From the IMG/VR virus record IMGVR_UViG_3300014572_000006: DNA of 53,124 bases. The stretch is one strand, 5' to 3'. Shown here piece by piece: positions 1-8,084 of the stretch (its first letter is position 1; every line of letters starts with the position of its first letter). The stretch is from a virus. The notes below the pieces were generated by a model. It made no database searches. It saw only the letters and a program-made list of their open reading frames with translations, and had not been told where the DNA came from. The translations under genes were made by a program, and so were the position numbers.

Positions 1-82
1 GAATTTTGTTATCATCTCCAGGCGCTTCACGGTACGGAAGCACGGGGCGAAGATTGCCCGCATCTCTTCCTCGGTGTGGCCC
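1..82. repeat. Terminal overlap, identical to 53043..53124 (assembly circularisation or terminal redundancy)
   Basis: Base-by-base comparison of the first 82 nt with the last 82 nt shows they are identical. Confidence 0.95.
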
Positions 83-1377
83 TTTTGGACCTTGGGGTGT
101 GCTCCGATGTCCCCCAGGATGGTGTTAGGTTCATAGTCCAGGTCAAAGGTCAGGATTTTTTCTGCGGCCATAAACTTTTTCTTTGTATTCACGAACTGCG
201 GGGCCTTGTTGCTCTGGCACCAGCAGACCGCCATCCCGTCCGGGGCGCACAGGGCCGCCGCGATGACCGCAATCTGCTTCCGGTCCGCCATAAAGGGTAC
301 GCTGTTGAACACGCTGGAGATAAAGACGCTGCTATACGGCGTCCCGGCCTCCACTTCGTCCAGGAAGCGGGCGGCAATCTCCAGGCTCTTTTCCTTGTGG
401 ATTTTCTCGCCCACGGTCACGAAGTACGGCTCAAAGGCTGATACCTGAATACCGGCCTTGCGGAGCGTCCGGGTGTTGTTGAGCTTCCCGGCTCCAAAGT
501 CTACCACGCTGGACCCGTAGTGTCTGCGCCAGGTCTCCAGGGCCGCGCCCTCCAGCTTGCAGAAGTCCCGCCCGCAGTTTTTCGGGAACACGCCCTTAAA
601 GAAGCCGTCCCCCAGGGCGGCGTTGCCCTCGGTGTCGGTCTCCCTGGTGTTCCGCTCCCGCATGAAGCTGTTGAAGCGCAGATCGTCGGCGTAGGTGCTC
701 TCCATGTCAAAGTCCATGGATAACAGGTTGAGCATGGAGGACGCGAAAGCCTCTTGCTCCGGCCTCACCTTGACGCAGGCGATGACCTTTCTGCCGGCCT
801 CCGCTGATACTTGCAGGCGGCCTATCCCGTTGATGACGTTCCCGGCCTCCCCGATGACTACCGGCATGGCGTTCCCGATGCGGCGCTCCAGGGATTTTGC
901 AAGCTGCTTGATGTGGGTGTCGAAGCTCCGGTGATTGAGCTTTGCCAGCTTCACGACGTCCATCCGGCGCAGGGCGTAGACGCAGGGGAATGATGCTTCG
1001 GTCCCCGGCTCGATGTCCGGCAGCTCCCCGGTCATGGCCTCGATGTCCATTTCATAGAGGCGGCGTCGGATGATAGCGCAAGTGTCCTGCTTCTGGAGGT
1101 CATTCGTGGCCCGGTTGAACAGGACGTTCACGGCCCGCCGCTCGCCCAGGGTCTTCCCGCTCACATACTCCACAGGTATCTGCTGGAAGCCCATGCGCGA
1201 GGCCACAAGATGCCGCTGGTGGCCGCTCAGGATTTCGCCGCTCTCATCGGCGTAGATCGGGAGCAGAAAGCCCAGCTTGCGGAGGGACAGCTCCGTGAGT
1301 GCCAGGCGCTTTTCGTCGTTGCGCCGGGGGTTATACTCCGACGCTCGCACGGCGTCGATGGGGACAAGTTTAATCAT
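1..1377 (-). CDS. ParB/Srx N-terminal domain fused to a class I SAM-dependent methyltransferase domain. This is the 5' part; the ORF continues across the circular junction to a stop at 52860 (519 aa in total).
   Basis: My own minus-strand translation from ATG 1377 reads MIKLVPIDAVRASEYNPRR...LSGHQRH (ParB-N motifs). Later come VVDFGAGK (SAM motif I), FEPY and ISSVFNSVPF. The ORF is missing from the ORF track because it runs off the window start. It is in frame with ORF 52860..53105 through the 82-bp overlap. Confidence 0.8.
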   Translation of the reverse strand, partial: MIKLVPIDAVRASEYNPRRNDEKRLALTELSLRKLGFLLPIYADESGEILSGHQRHLVASRMGFQQIPVEYVSGKTLGERRAVNVLFNRATNDLQKQDTCAIIRRRLYEMDIEAMTGELPDIEPGTEASFPCVYALRRMDVVKLAKLNHRSFDTHIKQLAKSLERRIGNAMPVVIGEAGNVINGIGRLQVSAEAGRKVIACVKVRPEQEAFASSMLNLLSMDFDMESTYADDLRFNSFMRERNTRETDTEGNAALGDGFFKGVFPKNCGRDFCKLEGAALETWRRHYGSSVVDFGAGKLNNTRTLRKAGIQVSAFEPYFVTVGEKIHKEKSLEIAARFLDEVEAGTPYSSVFISSVFNSVPFMADRKQIAVIAAALCAPDGMAVCWCQSNKAPQFVNTKKKFMAAEKILTFDLDYEPNTILGDIGAHPKVQKGHTEEEMRAIFAPCFRTVKRLEMITKF

Positions 1378-2053
1378 GGCGCAGCAACCTCCGTTTCATC
1401 TCCTGGGCGATTTCTCCCTGGTCGAAGATACCGGCGTCCCGGATGCTCTCGACCAGACGCTTGTAGCGCGGGACCTCGACCTTGAAGTGTAGGTGTCCAA
1501 TTCGGACAACCGTAGTCCCCATGGCAGGCTCATCGTCACCGCCGGCGGGTTCGTCCTCTTCCTCGCCGTCGGCGTCCTCGGCGTCCGGGTCTTCGTCCTG
1601 GTCCCAATCCGGGTCATCGTCGGCATCTTCGCCCTCGCCGTCCCCGCCGAGCTGCCGGTAGACCAGGACCTCATCGCGGTCAAAGCCGGTCTCAAACTCC
1701 AGGACCTCATCATCCCGCAGCAGCTCGCCCAGGCGGTCGGTGTCCCAGCGGCCCTCTATGCGGTTCAGGGCAAGGCAGAGTTTCTTCTCCTTGCTTTCGT
1801 CCGGCTGGTCGATGACGGAGCAGAGCACTTCTTTCCATCCCAGGTCCCGGAGGACCACAAGGCGCTGATTACCACCAATGCAGCGCATATTGTGGAGGTT
1901 CACGACCGGCGGCTCCACCATGCCGTTAAGCTCAATACTCCGGCGCAGGGCCTTGTACTCATCGCTTCCGCGCTCGATGTCCTCACGGGGGTTATACGGG
2001 GCGGCCACGATGTCGGAGAGCTTTAGCATCTCCAGTCTGGTTTCATACTTCAT
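1370..2053 (-). CDS. ParB-like N-terminal domain protein (paralogue 2) with an acidic Asp/Glu-rich linker
   Basis: 227-aa ORF with LSDIVAAPYNPRE and CIGGNQRL motifs. About 40% identical by eye to the upstream paralogue. Its stop overlaps the next ATG (ATGATTAA). Confidence 0.7.
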   Translation of the reverse strand: MKYETRLEMLKLSDIVAAPYNPREDIERGSDEYKALRRSIELNGMVEPPVVNLHNMRCIGGNQRLVVLRDLGWKEVLCSVIDQPDESKEKKLCLALNRIEGRWDTDRLGELLRDDEVLEFETGFDRDEVLVYRQLGGDGEGEDADDDPDWDQDEDPDAEDADGEEEDEPAGGDDEPAMGTTVVRIGHLHFKVEVPRYKRLVESIRDAGIFDQGEIAQEMKRRLLRHD

Positions 2054-2654
2054 CGAAAAGCCTCCCTTTCAGCTCCGCGCAGACAAGCTCCTGGGTAAAG
2101 CCCACCTTTTCCCGGACGTCTGCCATAAGGTCCTCAAACTCCGCTTCCTCCAGACGGAAAGAGAAGTCGCCCACGATACACTTAATGCCGTCGGCGGTGT
2201 CCTCTTTCTTGCCCAGGGAGGGCGGTTCCTCATCCTCGCCCAGCTCTCCGCCGATTTCCCCCAGGAGATCGTCAATGTCTGCCTGGGTAAAGCCGGTGGC
2301 GAGTAGGTTCTCCCCATCGTCGATGAGCTGCTGGATGATGTCGGCCAGTTGGCCGTAGTCCCATTCTCCATCCAGCTTGTTCAGGGCGATGCACAGCGCC
2401 TTGGCCTGGGCCTCCGGCATATCCACCACGACGGCGTTTGTCTCCGTCTCCCCGGCGGCCAGCAGGACGGAAAGCCGCTGGTGTCCTCCGATCAGGCAGT
2501 TGTCCCGGATGTTCACGATGAGGGGCAGGACCAGGCCGTTTTCCTCAATGCTCGCGTCCAGGGCTTTATACTCCTGGTCCTTGGGCGTGAGCTGCACCCT
2601 GGGGTTATAGGGGGCCGGTTTGATGTCGGCCAGCTTGATTACTCTGGTTTCCAC
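2043..2654 (-). CDS. ParB-like N-terminal domain protein (paralogue 1)
   Basis: Motifs LADIKPAPYNPR and LIGGHQRL. I prefer the GTG start at 2654, which lies 7 nt after AAAGGAG. The track's ATG at 2747 would overlap the upstream gene and its terminator. Confidence 0.65.
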   Translation of the reverse strand: METRVIKLADIKPAPYNPRVQLTPKDQEYKALDASIEENGLVLPLIVNIRDNCLIGGHQRLSVLLAAGETETNAVVVDMPEAQAKALCIALNKLDGEWDYGQLADIIQQLIDDGENLLATGFTQADIDDLLGEIGGELGEDEEPPSLGKKEDTADGIKCIVGDFSFRLEEAEFEDLMADVREKVGFTQELVCAELKGRLFDEV

Positions 2655-2682
2655 GCTTCCACTCCTTTCAGATTTGGGCAAT

Positions 2683-2710
2683 AAAAAAGCGGGGCGCTCT
2701 CGCGTCCCGC
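2683..2710 (-). terminator. Rho-independent terminator downstream of the 2729..3205 gene
   Basis: Minus strand reads GCGGGACGC-GAGA-GCGCCCCGC (9-bp stem with one wobble) followed by TTTTTT. Confidence 0.6.
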
Positions 2711-2728
2711 CTGGTGGCTGATATTCAG

Positions 2729-3205
2729 TTATCCGAATAAGCTGCATTGGTCGAAAGCCGGGACCCTCGCCATGCCCGCCGATTTGATGAAGCGGTCATA
2801 GGGGGCGGCCTCAATACCGAACCGCGCATACATGGCCCGCGTCTTCGGATTGCTCTCCACCGCGTAGTAGTGCGCCCCCTCCGGGCCGTTCTGTGCGCCG
2901 TGCCGGGGCAGGATGAAGCGCCGGAGAGCGCTCTCCTTGAAGATCGGAGGCTCCGCGTTGATGTCGTTGAAGTACCACTCCTGGGGCTGCCAGCCGGTCT
3001 TCCGCTTGATGTTCGCCATGGTCTGCTTCATCTGGTAGTCCGGTCTGGCCGTCACGATGATAACATAGTCATCCCGGATGGCCTCAATCAGATCGGCCCG
3101 GTACTCTTCGGCCTCCATGCGCCGGGAGAATGGCCGGAGCATTCGCGTGTCCGCCTGGTTTCCTACCAGGGTGTAGTTTAGATCGAGTAGGCAGATGTTT
3201 TTCAT
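2729..3205 (-). CDS. Hypothetical protein, possibly a HAD-superfamily phosphatase-like fold
   Basis: 158-aa ORF. N-terminal LLDLNYT resembles HAD motif I (DxDxT with the second Asp replaced by Asn), and VIIVTARP resembles motif II. This is a weak call. Confidence 0.35.
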   Translation of the reverse strand: MKNICLLDLNYTLVGNQADTRMLRPFSRRMEAEEYRADLIEAIRDDYVIIVTARPDYQMKQTMANIKRKTGWQPQEWYFNDINAEPPIFKESALRRFILPRHGAQNGPEGAHYYAVESNPKTRAMYARFGIEAAPYDRFIKSAGMARVPAFDQCSLFG

Positions 3206-3343
3206 AGGTTAGTTACTCCTTTGCTTTTTCCTACCGTAATTATACCACATTTCAGGGCTTTTGTCACAGGTTTTCCCAAAAAATATGCCGTGAACTTGGT
3301 ATTTATGACGGTTTTCTCTACCCACACTCTTTCATTGTGGATG

Positions 3344-3372
3344 AGTATAACACAGATAAATTGCACCGTCAA
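3344..3372 (-). promoter_or_regulatory. Sigma-70-type promoter (TTGACG, 17-nt spacer, TATACT) driving the 2729..3205 gene
   Basis: On the minus strand the -35 is at 3372..3367 and the -10 at 3349..3344. It sits in an AT-rich intergenic region. Confidence 0.5.
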
Positions 3373-3399
3373 ATTGTAAAATTGCACGGCAAAATTGCA
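3358..3399. repeat. Two tandem 21-bp repeats, each with two AAATTG(C/T)A half-sites; putative operator or activator site
   Basis: aaattgcaccgtcaaattgta followed by aaattgcacggcaaaattgca. The AAATTGCA-type motifs start at 3358, 3371, 3379 and 3392. The repeats overlap the -35 of the promoter above. Confidence 0.7.
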
Positions 3400-3404
3400 A
3401 GCCC

Positions 3405-3914
3405 TTATCTCAAGGCTTCCGCGCCGTATAGCCAGACTGCGACGCGCTGCACAAGCCTCTTTCGGTGCCGCCAGACGGTGGAGGTATCACACTCCAGGGC
3501 CTCAGCTATGTCCCTATCGTCCACGTCATCCAGGTACTTCCCGGACAGCGCCCGGTAATAGGGGTCATCCCGGACCGTGGCGAGCGCCCGCTCCAGGGTC
3601 TCAATCTCATAGCGGTCCGCCGCGATGGTGGCCTCCATGTCCATGAGAACGGCCTCCCATATCTCATCCGGGGTGAGCCGGTTCCCGTTCTTGACAAACC
3701 GGGTGATGCTCTTGCTCCGCTCTCGCGGCCCGTAGAGCTTGAACTCTTCCAGCCGCTCAAGGTCATCCTCCAGCTTGATTTTCAGGGTGGGCAGGCCGTA
3801 GAGACGGCGCTCGGTGGCCTTGAAAGCATCTTTGGCAGTGCGCTCGGCAGAGATGCGTCCGGCTTCAACGGCCTGCATGATGATGTCCCTGATGTTCTCC
3901 TGTGATTTGCCCAT
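3405..3914 (-). CDS. Phage transcriptional regulator with a sigma-70 region-4-like HTH (RinA/ArpU-like late activator candidate)
   Basis: 169-aa ORF. The C-terminal stretch DIAEALECDTSTVWRHRKRLVQRVAVWL looks like a sigma region-4 HTH. A GGGAGG RBS is present. Confidence 0.5.
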   Translation of the reverse strand: MGKSQENIRDIIMQAVEAGRISAERTAKDAFKATERRLYGLPTLKIKLEDDLERLEEFKLYGPRERSKSITRFVKNGNRLTPDEIWEAVLMDMEATIAADRYEIETLERALATVRDDPYYRALSGKYLDDVDDRDIAEALECDTSTVWRHRKRLVQRVAVWLYGAEALR

Positions 3915-3995
3915 TGATTTTGTCGCCTCCCATGTGGTAAAATAGCTTTGTCACGGGCTGTCTTCCCTCCGGGGGAGGCGGCTTTTTTTATTTGC

Positions 3996-4286
3996 TCAGG
4001 GCTTCCCGCCCTTTATGATCTGGAAGTTTCTCCGGCGCGTCTCTGCGGCCCTCGCTCTCCGCTGCTCGACTATCCTCTGCATCTCAAGGTACTTTTCCGG
4101 GAACTTGTGCCTTGGGCAGTCCGGGCGCCACTGGCTGCGCTTGGAGAAGTCGCCGTCGTAGTGCTTGCACTCATCGCAGCAAAAGCAGATGTCCTCGGCG
4201 TTCTGTACCTCGCCCGGCGTCATGTACCACGCCTCAAGCTCCGCATTGTAGAGACAGTGATTGCAGGCGCACCCATAGCAGCTCAT
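3996..4286 (-). CDS. Small Cys-rich (zinc-binding?) hypothetical protein
   Basis: MSCYGCACNHC...CFCCDECKH. I prefer the ATG at 4286, which overlaps the upstream stop (ATGA). Confidence 0.5.
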   Translation of the reverse strand: MSCYGCACNHCLYNAELEAWYMTPGEVQNAEDICFCCDECKHYDGDFSKRSQWRPDCPRHKFPEKYLEMQRIVEQRRARAAETRRRNFQIIKGGKP

Positions 4287-4600
4287 GGCAGATTGATGTC
4301 TACGGCGATGCACTCCACCCAGGGGAGGGCGTTGTAGGCTTCCTGGGCCTCCTTATCCGTCATGGATAGAAATTCATCGTACCCCTTTACTTCGATGAGG
4401 ACGGCCTCAACATCTTCATCGTCAAAGAAAAAGATGTGCTCTTCCGACACCAGGTATTTTGTGACGCTGGCCGCACCCCAGGCCCCCATCCAGCGAGCGC
4501 ACCCATCATCGCATACAATCTCGCTGTCCACCATCGGGACGATAGGCAGCTCCGGGTGGGCCTTAATCAGCTCCAGCAGATCGGAAATATACTTGTCCAT
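4283..4600 (-). CDS. Hypothetical protein
   Basis: ORF with ATG at 4600, 9 nt after GGAGG (MDKYISDLLELIK...). Confidence 0.5.
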   Translation of the reverse strand: MDKYISDLLELIKAHPELPIVPMVDSEIVCDDGCARWMGAWGAASVTKYLVSEEHIFFFDDEDVEAVLIEVKGYDEFLSMTDKEAQEAYNALPWVECIAVDINLP

Positions 4601-4619
4601 ATCTCTCATCCTCCGTAGC

Positions 4620-5105
4620 TCACTTGACGCCATTAACCGCCGTCTGGAGCAGAAAGCCAAGGAGCTGCCAAACGCGGTCCTTGATTTTCTTCATGCAGAT
4701 TTCGCGGCCCAGCTTCTCATCGTAGTTTTCAGGGCTTACGCAGGAAGACGCCTCCACCAGCTCAAAGCCATTCCGCAGCATGGCCCGGACGATGGTGGTC
4801 TTCTCCCCGGCGGTCTGCGTCCAGGTTTCCAGGATGAAGTTGTCCACCATCTCCTGACTGATGCTGGGCTTACTGGTCCGCAGCTCCTTGTTGGTCTCCA
4901 GGGGAAGATAGGCCCGCTCAAACGTGTCCTTGGGGGACCAGCTCACATACCCGTCCGCATACCGGACGCGGTAGCCGTCCTCCACGCTGGGGAAGTTGGG
5001 GAACGCCTCGGACGGGTCATCGGTGATGGTGACGCGCCCCTGACCGTCCATGCAGCGGTAGGCAGGCTCGGCTTCAATAATCTTGGTTCCGATGTACTGT
5101 TTCAT
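4620..5105 (-). CDS. N4 Gp49 / Sf6 gene 66-like phage protein
   Basis: 161-aa ORF. The C-terminal half (TIVRAMLRNGFELVEASSCVSPENYDEKLGREICMKKIKDRVWQLLGF) resembles that family as I remember it. Confidence 0.45.
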   Translation of the reverse strand: MKQYIGTKIIEAEPAYRCMDGQGRVTITDDPSEAFPNFPSVEDGYRVRYADGYVSWSPKDTFERAYLPLETNKELRTSKPSISQEMVDNFILETWTQTAGEKTTIVRAMLRNGFELVEASSCVSPENYDEKLGREICMKKIKDRVWQLLGFLLQTAVNGVK

Positions 5106-5326
5106 TTCTCATGTCCTCCAGTAAAGATATTTTTGAGCCGGTCCAGCAGGCTCAGCCGCTTGTCGGGGTGGGTGTCGGCTTCCTCCTTGCTCCACACGGC
5201 TTCCAAAACGTAGTCCTCCCCGCCGTCTCCCTTGGTGTGAATGAACACCGGAGTAGCGGCGATGGTCTCCAGCTCCGCGACCCGGCGCTCCAGGTTGCGG
5301 AGACGGTGCTCCCGGCGGGCGCTCAT
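5102..5326 (-). CDS. Hypothetical protein
   Basis: 74-aa ORF whose ends overlap both neighbouring genes, as in an operon. Confidence 0.5.
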   Translation of the reverse strand: MSARREHRLRNLERRVAELETIAATPVFIHTKGDGGEDYVLEAVWSKEEADTHPDKRLSLLDRLKNIFTGGHEK

Positions 5327-5550
5327 CTCTGACCCTCCATCAGCTCGCCCAGGCGGTTTTTCACCCGGACCAGGATGTCAAGCTCACGCTGGGCCGCTTT
5401 CTGTGCGGCCGGCATAGCGGCCCGCAGAACCGGCGAGATCGCGCCCATGATGGCGGTGCTGCCCTCCGGCGGGTTGACTTGCTTCTCCCGCTTCTCGATG
5501 AGGCCCTGGAGGTCCGCAAGAAGCTGGACGTCTTTCTGGAAATTACTCAT
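5323..5550 (-). CDS. Hypothetical protein
   Basis: 75-aa ORF whose ends overlap both neighbouring genes. Confidence 0.5.
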   Translation of the reverse strand: MSNFQKDVQLLADLQGLIEKREKQVNPPEGSTAIMGAISPVLRAAMPAAQKAAQRELDILVRVKNRLGELMEGQR

Positions 5551-6083
5551 GGTCTGTCCTCCAATCCCTCCAGGAACAGCAACACACCGGGGCCGCCGAT
5601 GCGGACCTCATAGGGCGCTGCCTCCTGGGGCGTGATGTACTTATGCCCAAACCGGCCTTTCATGTCCCGCCACACTGTCCAGGGGATGCGGTAAAATCCC
5701 ACGGACCCAAAGGAGCACAGGACAAAGGCCACGGCTCCGAATTGATGCGCCCGCTCCAGGCGCTCCGTCTGGTCCGCTGTCACGCGGTCCTGGGTCATCT
5801 TCTCAACGTCGGTGTACTTGGCCTCGAAGTTGACCGCCCGGCCTCCGAACAGAAAGCCCTTGTAGTCGGCCTGAGCCGTGCTGGTGTAGTGCGCGATGAA
5901 CTTCCCGCCGCCCAGGTCCTTAGTCGGCTGCATCGGCTCCGGCGTCTTCTCAATGTCCGCGATCTGGCGGCTCCGGTAGAAGTCGCAGGCCCCGTTTATC
6001 ATCTGCTCAAAAAAGGCTCCCTGGGCGCGGTTCTTCCGGTTCTGGTATCTAAGGGCTGCTTTCGCCCTCTCGCTTGGTGTCAT
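5547..6083 (-). CDS. recU: RecU-like Holliday junction resolvase
   Basis: 178-aa ORF with GAFFEQMI...DYKGFLFGGRAVNFEAKYT, matching the RecU catalytic core pattern (DY.G...FEAK.T). Confidence 0.7.
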   Translation of the reverse strand: MTPSERAKAALRYQNRKNRAQGAFFEQMINGACDFYRSRQIADIEKTPEPMQPTKDLGGGKFIAHYTSTAQADYKGFLFGGRAVNFEAKYTDVEKMTQDRVTADQTERLERAHQFGAVAFVLCSFGSVGFYRIPWTVWRDMKGRFGHKYITPQEAAPYEVRIGGPGVLLFLEGLEDRP

Positions 6084-6366
6084 GCTCTAACATCGTCCTC
6101 CCCTCAGCCTCGGTGGAGAATACGGTCTTTCCCCAGGCGTCCAGCAGGGTCAGGGTAAAGGTCGTAGGCTCCACGATGCGGCGCGGGGTGACTACTCGGC
6201 CAAAGAGGAATTTCTCAGCCTCCCGGACCCCATAGTGACAGGCCGGGTTATCCCGTACCCGCCATACCGTAGCCCCCAGGGGGACCGGCAGGCGCAGCAG
6301 CAGGCCCGCCGCCTCATCCCTCCGGTATTGCTCAAGCTCCCTCAGCGCCGCACCGTAGATGCCCAT
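6049..6366 (-). CDS. Hypothetical protein
   Basis: 105-aa ORF in the operon; I recognise no motif. Confidence 0.4.
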   Translation of the reverse strand: MGIYGAALRELEQYRRDEAAGLLLRLPVPLGATVWRVRDNPACHYGVREAEKFLFGRVVTPRRIVEPTTFTLTLLDAWGKTVFSTEAEGRTMLEHDTKREGESSP

Positions 6367-6384
6367 TGTCTACTCTCCCAACTT

Positions 6385-6576
6385 TTAAGGCTTATTTGTT
6401 TGCTTTTTGTGGTGTTTTCCACAAATTCCACACACTTCTCCACAGGATTTGGCCGCCCTCATCAGCTCATCCACTACGCGCCCAGGGGATATGCCCAGGC
6501 GCTCGGCCTCGGCCTCCAGGTGGTAGGCTGTCTGCGATGATACGCGGATAGTGATTTTCTTTCGGTGCTCGCTCAT
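6385..6576 (-). CDS. Small ribbon-helix-helix (CopG/Arc-like) protein candidate
   Basis: KKITIRVSSQTAYHLEAEAERLGISPGRVVDELM has a beta-alpha-alpha pattern. Confidence 0.4.
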   Translation of the reverse strand: MSEHRKKITIRVSSQTAYHLEAEAERLGISPGRVVDELMRAAKSCGEVCGICGKHHKKQTNKP

Positions 6577-6869
6577 GCCTCGCCTCCGCCAGTAGGCCGG
6601 AGGTAGCCATTTTCAACGGCCATGGCCCGAATTTTACGGATGGTGGCGTCGCTGACCCGCAGGCCGGTGTCGCTCCTGGTAGCCAGGCTGTCAATAAAGC
6701 CGTTGATGACTTTCTCAAGTTCATCCTGCGAGATGACGATAGGCTGGTTGCGGGCCTCCAGCTCATCCAGGTAGGCACAGAGCTGAGCGTCGGTCATCTT
6801 CCGCACCCGGATTGCCCGGTCGTGCTGCTCCTGTTCAAAGCCGGTCCTCCGGCAGCTTCGCTTCTTCAA
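6573..6869 (-). CDS. Hypothetical protein
   Basis: 98-aa ORF that overlaps the start of the downstream gene. Confidence 0.45.
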   Translation of the reverse strand: MKKRSCRRTGFEQEQHDRAIRVRKMTDAQLCAYLDELEARNQPIVISQDELEKVINGFIDSLATRSDTGLRVSDATIRKIRAMAVENGYLRPTGGGEA

Positions 6870-6884
6870 TAGTTCTCCCTCCAG

Positions 6885-7712
6885 TTATTCTCCGTCTACC
6901 CGCACCATGCCCTCGGGGTACTCCTGAATGAGAGGCCCGCCCCACAGGTCTTTCAGACTGTTTTTCATAAAGACGGGGACCCCGGCAGACTGAGCAACTT
7001 CCGTGATGGCCTCTACCCATTCCCGCTTCGGCTGCTTTCGCTTGCTTCCCGGTCCGGTCATGGCTCCGATGATGACCCAAAGAGGCTCGCCAAGCCGCCG
7101 GAAACCGGCGCAGTCATCCGCGCTGAACGGCTCCAGCAGCGGCTCAATGCTCAGGAACGTGTTGACGCAGGAAGCTCCAAAGTATTCCGTTTCAGGGCCG
7201 GTGATCGTGGTCCCGTACCAGAAGTTCCGCTCCATGGGGAGCTTCCCGGCGTGGCCCATGTCAAGATACCTCTGCGGGTTCTTGGTAAGGAACAGGTAAG
7301 TATGCTGCGGCGCTCGCTTGCAGGCGGCGAAGACATCCTCAATCCAGATGTCCGGCACCCACTCCCCGAACAAGTCTCCCATGCTGGAGACGAAGATCCG
7401 CGCAGGCGTCTTCCGCTTCTCAGGATAGTCCATGGTGTAGGCGTGATAGGTGGGGGCAAAGCCCTTGGGGTACGGGGTGGAGCGCACAGGCTCCCCATTT
7501 TCGTCGCAGAGCTTGGTAGGCTGCTCCACGTAGTAGCACCCGGTCCCCTTGGGTAGTACCTCCAGTGGCTCAATGATGGGCCGCTCGCAGGGGTGCGGGC
7601 CAAACCTGGACACCATGCGCCGGGCGTAGCAGTATTCGCACCCGTGCTTGCACCCCGTTACGGGGTTCCACGTGTGGCTGCACCACTCAATGTCGGTTTT
7701 GTGAATATTCAT
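6885..7712 (-). CDS. Phage Gp37/Gp68 family protein (DUF5131)
   Basis: The N-terminus IEWCSHTWNPVTGCKHGCEYCYA is the hallmark of this family. Confidence 0.8.
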   Translation of the reverse strand: MNIHKTDIEWCSHTWNPVTGCKHGCEYCYARRMVSRFGPHPCERPIIEPLEVLPKGTGCYYVEQPTKLCDENGEPVRSTPYPKGFAPTYHAYTMDYPEKRKTPARIFVSSMGDLFGEWVPDIWIEDVFAACKRAPQHTYLFLTKNPQRYLDMGHAGKLPMERNFWYGTTITGPETEYFGASCVNTFLSIEPLLEPFSADDCAGFRRLGEPLWVIIGAMTGPGSKRKQPKREWVEAITEVAQSAGVPVFMKNSLKDLWGGPLIQEYPEGMVRVDGE

Positions 7713-7715
7713 AGG

Positions 7716-7919
7716 TCAGTCTCCCTCGCGCTTGGGGGCGGTGGCCCCCATGTCAAATAAGCTGCATTGGTTCTCCATCATCTTCCGGTCGGCCTCTTCC
7801 TGCTTTATCTTCCGCAGGCAGCAGGGACCGTACCCATCCCGCAAGCCCTGGGAGGATGTCAGCAGACCTCCACACCGCTTGCACCGGCGGGCCGGGATGG
7901 TGAACACTTCATCGTGCAT
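7716..7919 (-). CDS. Small zinc-ribbon protein (DUF6011-like)
   Basis: RRCKRCGGLLTSSQGLRDGYGPCCLRK. Confidence 0.45.
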   Translation of the reverse strand: MHDEVFTIPARRCKRCGGLLTSSQGLRDGYGPCCLRKIKQEEADRKMMENQCSLFDMGATAPKREGD

Positions 7920-7922
7920 AGG

Positions 7923-8084
7923 CTACACTCCAAACGCGATTAGAATAGACAGGGCCAGTAGGCCCGCAGATGTAACCTTTGCGCCGTTGCTCCGGTCATT
8001 CATGGTCTTGCCCCCAAAGGTGTAGCAAAATCCAGAAAATGTAATCAGGATGAAGAGGGTCCACGTAAACAGCAGCATCGTCAT
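7923..8084 (-). CDS. 53-aa two-TM membrane peptide, translationally coupled to the MazG-fusion gene
   Basis: My own translation: MTMLLFTWTLFILITFSGFCYTFGGKTMNDRSNGAKVTSAGLLALSILIAFGV. Its ATG overlaps the upstream TGA (ATGA at 8081..8084). It falls below the ORF-track length cutoff. Confidence 0.35.
   Translation of the reverse strand: MTMLLFTWTLFILITFSGFCYTFGGKTMNDRSNGAKVTSAGLLALSILIAFGV

Noticed and set aside
1-2747. The ParB-like genes as a plasmid-prophage partition system (parABS).
   Set aside because: There is no ParA ATPase gene. The proteins have no HTH or C-terminal dimerisation domain. An integrase and a probable attP region are present. One copy is fused to a methyltransferase domain.
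3202-3387. A 61-aa minus-strand ORF in the AT-rich interval.
   Set aside because: It overlaps the predicted promoter and the 21-bp repeats. It has no RBS. Its composition is atypical for this genome.
3965-3990. Hairpin plus T-run between the genes at 3405..3914 and 3996..4286, considered as a terminator for the minus-strand operon.
   Set aside because: The T-run follows the short 5-bp stem (CCTCC/GGAGG) only on the plus strand. On the minus strand it is an upstream A-run. At best this is a weak plus-oriented or antisense terminator.
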